This document shows, in pieces, positions 38,886 to 45,140 of a DNA stretch of 52,828 nucleotides. The stretch spans positions 1 to 52,828 of the forward strand of contig JBDTPD010000001.1 of NCBI GenBank assembly GCA_039932855.1. The letters are read 5' to 3'. This DNA is from Chitinophagaceae bacterium (lineage in GTDB: Bacteria > Bacteroidota > Bacteroidia > Chitinophagales > Chitinophagaceae). Below the pieces are notes generated by a model. The model saw nothing but the letters and a program-made list of their open reading frames with translations, was not told the DNA's origin and made no database searches. Every line of letters begins with the position of its first letter. Position 1 is the stretch's first letter. Made by a program: the position numbers and the translations under genes.

Positions 38886-40223
38886 CTACATCGAAGAAGT
38901 ATCCACCACTTCGTGTTGATAGTAAAGCGAAAAAAGGTTAATTGGCTTGGTACGAAATAGACTTCTGACTTTAACGCTCTGTTTTCTCTCCCCTTCAATT
39001 GCCATTTCTAATTTAATTCCAGGGTCATAAAAAACATTTCCCAGATGAATTTCATTGAGTAGTAATGAAACATCAGTATAGTTTCCTAAGATTATTTTAT
39101 TGCCATAGCAATATTGTTGGATTTGATTCGCTTGTCCTTTCTTGGATTTTGAAGGCACATAGCAAGCCTGCGGATGTTTTGCTTTCCAGTGTTCAATTAT
39201 AGAACTAAAAGACCAGATAGCCGCCGGAACTTTATTATCATCAATAAGGGCTACATATCCATTAGTGTTAACTATTTTTTTTCTCTCGTAATCAAATCCT
39301 TCAATTATCATTTTAAGTGAAGTGAGCTTATGAGAAACTTCATGCTTATGTGTTCCTCCAAAATTCATTCTCGATGGTCTTCCCTTTCGATCAGGATAAC
39401 CATATTTTCGAACAAAGGCTTCAGCTCCATTTTGGTGAAAATACCCGCCAGTTGGGCTGTGATCCATTAAGGTGATTGATTTTGAACCAAATTTGTTAAA
39501 ATCAGTAACATTGAACTGTTTTATTTCCCAGCCAAGAAAATCGGGGCCTGCAATCGCATTAGATGGAATATTTAATTCAGCTTCTAGTGTATAACCTCCG
39601 CAGTTCGTATGATTGCAGGGAATAAGAGCCCGATCGGCATTCAATCTTTTTGAAGTTATCCATCCAAGATTGTGAATTCTATTTAATTCGTTTAGAAGTA
39701 TCCCTTTACTATCTCTAAGTATTTGCCCTCTGGCAATTGTAATTACGGCAAAAACGCCATGCGAATCAAGCTTCTTTAAATTCAAAAATTCTTGTCCGAC
39801 TTCGCTTTCAAAAAGAGTAACAAACCCATAAATTTTATTTTGTTCACTTACTCCTAAAAATAAAATTCGATTTTCAATCCTAGCGGTAAAAAAATTTGAT
39901 GGGGCATTTCTACATCCTTTCAAAAATCCTGAGAATCTAACTTCGGGATAGTCGGGATATAAAATTAGTTGAGCGTAAGGAGCAATAAAAAGTCCGCCTT
40001 CCTCATTTATCCAGTAAAAATCTAATTTAGATTTAAAACTTTCTCTTTTCCTTTTTCCTTCTTCGTCTGTGGTGACATTGCTGGAAGGAAAAATGTTTAA
40101 TACATCAAAACTTTCACCAAAATAAATCTGATTTTTAGAATTATCATTCGGCGAAAGTTTTTTTACATACACCTTTTGACATCCTCTTTCTGAAAATATT
40201 TTAAGAAGATTTTTTAAATTCAT
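38886..40223 (-). CDS. putative type II restriction endonuclease (MutH/MvaI-BcnI-like D-x4-E-x-K core plus extra N-terminal domain)
   Basis: 445 aa, translationally coupled (ATGA) to the upstream m5C methyltransferase. The candidate PD-(D/E)XK-type motif is 'GPDFLGWEIKQ'. The N-terminal region of about 170 aa ('KKLSPNDNSKNQIYFG…') is unassigned. Confidence 0.55.
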   Translation of the reverse strand: MNLKNLLKIFSERGCQKVYVKKLSPNDNSKNQIYFGESFDVLNIFPSSNVTTDEEGKRKRESFKSKLDFYWINEEGGLFIAPYAQLILYPDYPEVRFSGFLKGCRNAPSNFFTARIENRILFLGVSEQNKIYGFVTLFESEVGQEFLNLKKLDSHGVFAVITIARGQILRDSKGILLNELNRIHNLGWITSKRLNADRALIPCNHTNCGGYTLEAELNIPSNAIAGPDFLGWEIKQFNVTDFNKFGSKSITLMDHSPTGGYFHQNGAEAFVRKYGYPDRKGRPSRMNFGGTHKHEVSHKLTSLKMIIEGFDYERKKIVNTNGYVALIDDNKVPAAIWSFSSIIEHWKAKHPQACYVPSKSKKGQANQIQQYCYGNKIILGNYTDVSLLLNEIHLGNVFYDPGIKLEMAIEGERKQSVKVRSLFRTKPINLFSLYYQHEVVDTSSM

Positions 40224-41473
40224 TTTCTTTTGGTTTCCAAAACTTCGACAATCTTTTCTCCAATAGCCTTTATTAAAGGCACGACTACAGAATTTCCAAA
40301 CTGTCTATAGCCCTGATTCATTGAAACAGCATTAACAATAAAATGATCGGGATATCCTTGCAATCTTGCTGACTCTCTTATCGAAAGCCTTCTGGGGGGT
40401 TTATTTTTCTGAGGAATTAATATTTCAGAACCATCCTTGTAATACCTGGCACTCATAGTTCTTGTAATGCCTTCAAGATCTACAAGTCCAAAGCCAAAAC
40501 CATTTCCTTTTTCTTTATGTTTCCTGGCATAATCCTGCAGATACTTCCATAGATGTTCTGTTAGTGTATATTTTGGATCAACCTTATTCTCGAGTATATC
40601 CTTTATTTTTTTTGTAGGTGTGGGCAGCACAGGAAATTCAAACTTCTCTTTGTTATGAAAAACTTTTGTATCAAAACCCACCATAAAAGTTCTTTCACGA
40701 TGCTGAGGAACGAAATGCTTTCCATTAAGAATCTTTGAATGAAAAGAATATCCAAGATCAATCAAGCTCTCCTTGATTATTCTAAAGGTGTTTCCTTTAT
40801 CGTGTGAGACGAGATTTTTTACATTTTCAAGAAAAAAAGCCTTCGGTCGATGTTTTTCCAGTATTTCAACAATATGAAAGAAAAGATTTCCCTGTTTTTC
40901 GTCTTCGAACCCATGTTTTCTTCCCAAGCTATTTTTTTTGCTTACACCTGCGATAGAAAATGGCTGACAAGGAAAGCCTCCACAAAGAAGATCAAATTTA
41001 TCAGGTATCCAATCCTTTGTTTCCTGTTTGGTAATATCACCAAATGGGATCTCTCCAAAGTTTGCATAATATGTTCTTTGCGCCATCTTATCCCATTCAG
41101 ACGTAAATACACATTCGCCCTGAAGTCTTTGCATTGCTATTCTAAATCCACCAATACCTGCAAAGAGGTCGATGAAGGTAAACTTTGCATTTGCTGGTGT
41201 AGGGAACACAACATAGTCATCAAATTTGATAATCTGCTGTAGCGCTTCTTCGGCAACTTTTGAATTCAGCTCACCATTTAAATATCCTTCGAGTAAGTCT
41301 GTTGAATATTCAATAGCATATTTTTTAAGCTTCTTATCCTTTGTTCTCAGATAATGGCTTATTACTGCAGCCCGATAATTATCCGGTCCAAACAGTGCTA
41401 TTTTCCAAAGTTTTTCTGATACCAGATGTAATTTGGTACTTAAAAGTGCGGGGCTTTTCTCTGCGATCATCAT
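40220..41473 (-). CDS. DNA (cytosine-5)-methyltransferase
   Basis: 417 aa with the canonical m5C motifs. These are I 'FAGIGGF', IV 'GGFPCQPFS', VI 'FFLENVKNL', VIII 'QHRERTFMVG', IX 'RESARLQGYP' and X 'QFGNSVVVP'. Confidence 0.95.
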   Translation of the reverse strand: MMIAEKSPALLSTKLHLVSEKLWKIALFGPDNYRAAVISHYLRTKDKKLKKYAIEYSTDLLEGYLNGELNSKVAEEALQQIIKFDDYVVFPTPANAKFTFIDLFAGIGGFRIAMQRLQGECVFTSEWDKMAQRTYYANFGEIPFGDITKQETKDWIPDKFDLLCGGFPCQPFSIAGVSKKNSLGRKHGFEDEKQGNLFFHIVEILEKHRPKAFFLENVKNLVSHDKGNTFRIIKESLIDLGYSFHSKILNGKHFVPQHRERTFMVGFDTKVFHNKEKFEFPVLPTPTKKIKDILENKVDPKYTLTEHLWKYLQDYARKHKEKGNGFGFGLVDLEGITRTMSARYYKDGSEILIPQKNKPPRRLSIRESARLQGYPDHFIVNAVSMNQGYRQFGNSVVVPLIKAIGEKIVEVLETKRK

Positions 41474-41709
41474 TTGCTTCTCTTTTTTCCGTTGAATAAA
41501 TCCGTATTGAAAAAATCCTTAAGACTTGTTTCTAATCCGTTGCATATAATTTTTGTCAGTGATTCCACTGATGCGTTTCTTTTGCCGTTTTCGATATGAT
41601 TCATGAATGTTCTGTCAACTTCCGCTTTCCAGGCTACGGCCTCCTGTGTGAGGTTTTGTTGTGTGCGGAGTTCTTTAATGCGCAAACCAATCTTGGCCTT
41701 AATATCCAT
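41470..41709 (-). CDS. XRE-family HTH protein, likely R-M controller (C) protein
   Basis: 79 aa with the HTH 'LTQEAVAWKAEVDRTFMNHIENGKRN'. It overlaps the methyltransferase start by 4 nt and sits directly downstream of a GACT/AGTC palindrome. Confidence 0.7.
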   Translation of the reverse strand: MDIKAKIGLRIKELRTQQNLTQEAVAWKAEVDRTFMNHIENGKRNASVESLTKIICNGLETSLKDFFNTDLFNGKKRSK

Positions 41710-41727
41710 AAGACAATAGTATTTTAT

Positions 41728-41758
41728 GTGACTTAAAGTACATTGGTGTTTAAGTCAC
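41728..41758. promoter_or_regulatory. candidate C-box operator
   Basis: Perfect 10-bp inverted arms 'GTGACTTAAA'…'TTTAAGTCAC' are separated by 11 bp. They lie 19 bp upstream of the C-protein start, in the 73-bp gap after vsr. Confidence 0.45.
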
Positions 41759-41782
41759 GTTGGATAAATCAATAACAAGTAT

Positions 41783-42196
41783 TCAGGAGAGTTTTTTCAA
41801 CAACCCGGAGAGGGTTTTTTCTGCATTGGAAGGCTTTAAATCACACTCCCATAACGTAAAAATTCGCCAATTACCTTTTTCTAATGCAAGGATCGCTTTT
41901 TCATCATTGGCTTTATTACCATTTATCTTATTCAACCACCATTCCGTCCTCGTCTTCGGAACCACATAATACCTACACCCTTCATGCCCATGCCAGAAGC
42001 ATCCATGAATAAAAATCACGGTCTTGTATTTCGGCAACACCAGGTCTGGTTTACCCGGCAACGTTTTGTCATGAAGTTTATACCGGAATCCCTGTGCATG
42101 TAAAAATCTTCTTACCAGCATTTCTGGTTTTGTATCCTTGGCGCGGATACGGGACATGTTATAACTACGGGTTTTCTTGTCATGCACATCTGCCAT
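41783..42196 (-). CDS. vsr: very short patch repair endonuclease
   Basis: 137 aa with Vsr blocks 'RSYNMSRIRAKDTKPE', 'LPGKPDLVLPKYKTVIFIHGCFWHGH' and 'WRIFTLWEC'. Confidence 0.9.
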   Translation of the reverse strand: MADVHDKKTRSYNMSRIRAKDTKPEMLVRRFLHAQGFRYKLHDKTLPGKPDLVLPKYKTVIFIHGCFWHGHEGCRYYVVPKTRTEWWLNKINGNKANDEKAILALEKGNWRIFTLWECDLKPSNAEKTLSGLLKKLS

Positions 42197-42310
42197 ATTG
42201 CAAAGGTATGATCATCTGCTAATCACCTCAATTGTGACATCAGGCAGAAGAAATTTCCCCCTTTCTCACCGCCTCTTAATCCTACCCGCTTCGCCCTTCG
42301 TTATATATAA

Positions 42311-42400
42311 AGAGAGACCAAACAGAGACCAAAGACACACCAAACACACACCAGACACACGCATTTGCACTGTTTGGTGTCTCTTTAACCTGTCTTTGGT
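42311..42400. repeat. imperfect inverted repeat ('gagaccaaagacacaccaaac' / 'gtttggtgtctc…gtctttggt')
   Basis: Complementary segments flank 'gcatttgcac', upstream of vsr. Confidence 0.5.
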
Positions 42401-42454
42401 TACAGTCTGCTCTTTTTTTAACCCGAACAATAACCGAAGCAAATACGAATCAGT

Positions 42455-43087
42455 ATGGGAAAATTCATCAATGGGATCAATGGCCCTGTTCAGGGCAAAG
42501 TGGGCACTATTATCGGATCCTCCTGGAAAGGCATTCCGTATGTAAAATCAAAACATAAAAAGCGTACAAAAAATGTCAGTGAAAAAGAGGAAGCCAATCG
42601 TACCAAATTTGCCAGCGCTCATAGCTGGCTCCGTCCACTGTTGTCGTTTGTACGTACCGGATTCAAAGGATACAGCGTAAAGGCAGAAGGTTTTAATGCA
42701 GCAAAGTCGTACCTGTTGCGAAACGCTGTTGAAGAGTCACCGGATGGTTTTAGGATCATGCCTTCTTTGATGAAACTAAGTGTTGGCGATCTGCCATTGC
42801 CTGCAACTATGAGCGTTACTAAAATGGCTGCAGATAAATTGCAATTCACCTGGGAGGTAGCACAAGCAAGCGGAGCACATGGCCGCGACCAGGTAATGAT
42901 GATGGCCTATGATACCGATAACCAAAAAGCTTTCTTTGTAACGAATGGTCTGTTCAGAAGTGCAGGAGCAGATATACTAACGGTCTATGGCAAAACAGGA
43001 TCAACATACCATTTGTATGCAGCGTTTGTGGCGGTAGACAGGAGCAGGCAATCAGATAGTATGTATCTGGGAGAGATCACCATGTAA
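42455..43087 (+). CDS. hypothetical protein (resembles a Bacteroidota DUF, possibly DUF6266)
   Basis: 210 aa. The N-terminus 'GKFINGINGPVQGKVGTIIGSSWKGIPYVKSK' is a pattern I recall from an uncharacterised Bacteroidota family. The assignment is from memory only. Confidence 0.4.
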   Translation: MGKFINGINGPVQGKVGTIIGSSWKGIPYVKSKHKKRTKNVSEKEEANRTKFASAHSWLRPLLSFVRTGFKGYSVKAEGFNAAKSYLLRNAVEESPDGFRIMPSLMKLSVGDLPLPATMSVTKMAADKLQFTWEVAQASGAHGRDQVMMMAYDTDNQKAFFVTNGLFRSAGADILTVYGKTGSTYHLYAAFVAVDRSRQSDSMYLGEITM

Positions 43088-43153
43088 TTTTTTTTGCCGG
43101 GAAGGCGGTAAGACGTTATTACCAATTTTATGGTCAGAAGGAGAGATTGCTGT

Positions 43154-43513
43154 TTAATATGCCGCAATTAATGTTTCAGCAGGGATACTTAGTTTTTGAT
43201 GAAGTTCCCGAATCATAGCAAGAGATAATTTCCTCCTGCCACTAAGTATTTCAGATTTGCGACTGCGGCCACCGAGTATTCTGATCAATTCCTTTTCATC
43301 TACACCCATTTGTTCCAACCTGAACTTGATAGCTTCAATAGGATGTGGTGGCGGAACAGGGTAATGTTTTCTTTCATATGCTTCCACCAGAATAGAAAGT
43401 ATTTCTAGTTCATCAGAAAGCTTACTACCTTTTTTCAAATCTTTCTGCATAAGATTATATACCCGTTCTACTGCGGTATCATATTCTTTTTTTGTTCTAA
43501 TTGGTTTTAACAT
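43154..43513 (-). CDS. higA: HigA-type antitoxin (HTH, XRE-like)
   Basis: It begins 'MLKPIRTKKEYDTAVERV…' and has a C-terminal HTH region. I chose ATG 43513 as the start. It overlaps the HigB stop by 17 nt. Confidence 0.7.
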   Translation of the reverse strand: MLKPIRTKKEYDTAVERVYNLMQKDLKKGSKLSDELEILSILVEAYERKHYPVPPPHPIEAIKFRLEQMGVDEKELIRILGGRSRKSEILSGRRKLSLAMIRELHQKLSIPAETLIAAY

Positions 43514-43808
43514 ACGTAATCTTTTTTGAATCAATTAAATCATACTCTTTATGTGTTCCGATCCAAACGATAAAAATGATTTGTAACTCGTATTCTATAT
43601 CAACAATCAACCGGTGTTTATTACCATGAATATTAAAAACAACACGTTTATCGCCAATCACGGATGCATTTCCAAATTGGGCTTTTAGCTCATTATGATT
43701 TTTCCATTCTGCCTGATATGCTTCTTCATACCATACCAGCAGTGACTGTTCGGCCTCCTTTCTCTTTTTTCCATACAACTTCAGTGTCTTAACAACAATC
43801 ACCCTCAT
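43497..43808 (-). CDS. higB: HigB-type (RelE-fold) mRNA interferase toxin
   Basis: The protein is about 103 aa from ATG 43808. 'MRVIVVKTL…W…A.W.N..ELK..F..ASVIG.KRVVFNI.GNK.RLIV.I.Y…V.I..IGTH.EYD' matches the HigB_toxin family layout. Confidence 0.75.
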   Translation of the reverse strand: MRVIVVKTLKLYGKKRKEAEQSLLVWYEEAYQAEWKNHNELKAQFGNASVIGDKRVVFNIHGNKHRLIVDIEYELQIIFIVWIGTHKEYDLIDSKKITYVKTN

Positions 43809-44016
43809 GGTAAAGATATTAAAATGTTCCCAAATTGGGAACACATTTGAGTAATTTAATAATGATTTATCTATCTAATTTAGACGTAAGGGATCACTTT
43901 CATTAAGTTAAATCCTCTGTATTTTCATCATAATTTTCCTGTTTTTTCAGATTGAACCATTCCGCCTTCCCCCAATTCTTATTACATTTATCCCACACTT
44001 AAAAAACCCTCACTGC

Positions 44017-45066
44017 ATGAAGATCCGGCTGCTATTCCTGGTAATCTTATTACCTCTTTTCACCATTGCTCAAAACCCTATCCTCGCTTACACTACTCCC
44101 GTAAAATTTTACACTCAGTCACAGCCCACCATGATGCACCTTACCATCAATGGCAAGAACATGTGGCCCAACTATATGACCATCACCCTTACCACGCAGA
44201 TCATGCACATACATTTTAAAAAGAATGGCCGTGATGAAATTATCCGCGGCAGTGGCATCAGTACCGATAAACAAATCGTCGACTTCAACTCTGCACTCTG
44301 GCTCAATACACCCGGCGATATCGAAATATATATTACCATCGACGAATTCAGTGGGCGACCGGCTTTCCGTTCCAATTCTATTTTTATGAAGATAGAAGCC
44401 ACGCCAGTAGCTGCTCCCACCATCATCAGCATCTCGCCTGCTACTTTCAAAACCGGTGAACCTCGCGATCATTATTATATCCGCATTGTTGGAAAGAATT
44501 TTGGCGAACAACGTACTACCGGCGCCTCCATCGGTGGTTATACTGCAGCCGTCGGTTGGGAACACCTGGAAGATGGTGTGATGGATGTATGGATCCCTGC
44601 AGAAGTATTTAATAAAGCAGGCGACTACGGCGTGAAAGTGAATACCAAATATGGTATCAGCAACCAGTTAAACCTGAAAATAGAAGCACCACTTGTAATC
44701 AACAAGGTGAAACCCGGCACAAAGGTAGCAGTACCGGTGAACGCAAGGGCATCAAACGCTGTTACCAAAACTATTTTACAGGCAGATAAAGACGTGCGCT
44801 TAAAAGCTGAAGTGATGAAGGGTGTTCGCGTAACTGTTACCGGCGTGGTAGCAGAGGGAAGTACAAAAGCGATACTGGAAAATTTTATTACCGGGCTCGA
44901 TAATGTATTTGTAGTAGAAGATAAACTTACCATTGCTGATGCCAATGGAAATATTAATATAGTCTTGAAAGCAACGGGTGTCGATAAGGCTGTGACTGAT
45001 AAGATCAGAAAACAAATACAGGATAAGGCAGCAGTGATGAGGTTGACAGTGAGTGTTACGCCGTAG
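44017..45066 (+). CDS. secreted hypothetical protein with IPT/TIG-like segment
   Basis: 349 aa with a signal peptide. 'PTIISISPATFKTGEPRDHYYIRIVGKNFG' resembles an IPT/TIG Ig-like domain. Confidence 0.45.
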   Translation: MKIRLLFLVILLPLFTIAQNPILAYTTPVKFYTQSQPTMMHLTINGKNMWPNYMTITLTTQIMHIHFKKNGRDEIIRGSGISTDKQIVDFNSALWLNTPGDIEIYITIDEFSGRPAFRSNSIFMKIEATPVAAPTIISISPATFKTGEPRDHYYIRIVGKNFGEQRTTGASIGGYTAAVGWEHLEDGVMDVWIPAEVFNKAGDYGVKVNTKYGISNQLNLKIEAPLVINKVKPGTKVAVPVNARASNAVTKTILQADKDVRLKAEVMKGVRVTVTGVVAEGSTKAILENFITGLDNVFVVEDKLTIADANGNINIVLKATGVDKAVTDKIRKQIQDKAAVMRLTVSVTP

Positions 45067-45071
45067 AAGGG

Positions 45072-45140
45072 GCTAGTGGGGAATAGCTAGTGGCGAGTGG
45101 GAAGAAACCCCCTACTCGCCACTAGCCATTTCCCACTAGC
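45072..45140. repeat. hairpin ('gctagtggg.aat.gctagtggcgagt')
   Basis: 27-nt arms at 45072-45098 and 45114-45140 with 2 mismatches. The element lies between convergent genes. Confidence 0.8.

Noticed and set aside
35397-42196. Interpreting the GHKL trio as part of the adjacent R-M system, or as BREX/Dnd/DISARM components
   Set aside because: The trio is on the opposite strand and convergent to the R-M operon. No PglZ, PglX, DndCDE/SspBCD, DrmA-like helicase or second methyltransferase is present anywhere in the window. Functional cooperation with the R-M system cannot be excluded, but the trio is not a known multi-gene system by gene content.
42177-42545. 122-aa ORF on the + strand upstream of the DUF-like gene
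   Set aside because: It overlaps the vsr start and the next CDS, and translates the CA-rich imperfect inverted repeat (42311-42400). It has low-complexity sequence and no support.
35205-43900. Integrase, transposase or att-site direct repeats delimiting the island
   Set aside because: I looked for tyrosine- and serine-recombinase motifs and for shared short repeats in the 35.2-35.4 kb and 42.2-42.45 / 43.85-44.0 kb junctions and found none by eye. The absence is noted rather than a feature being called.
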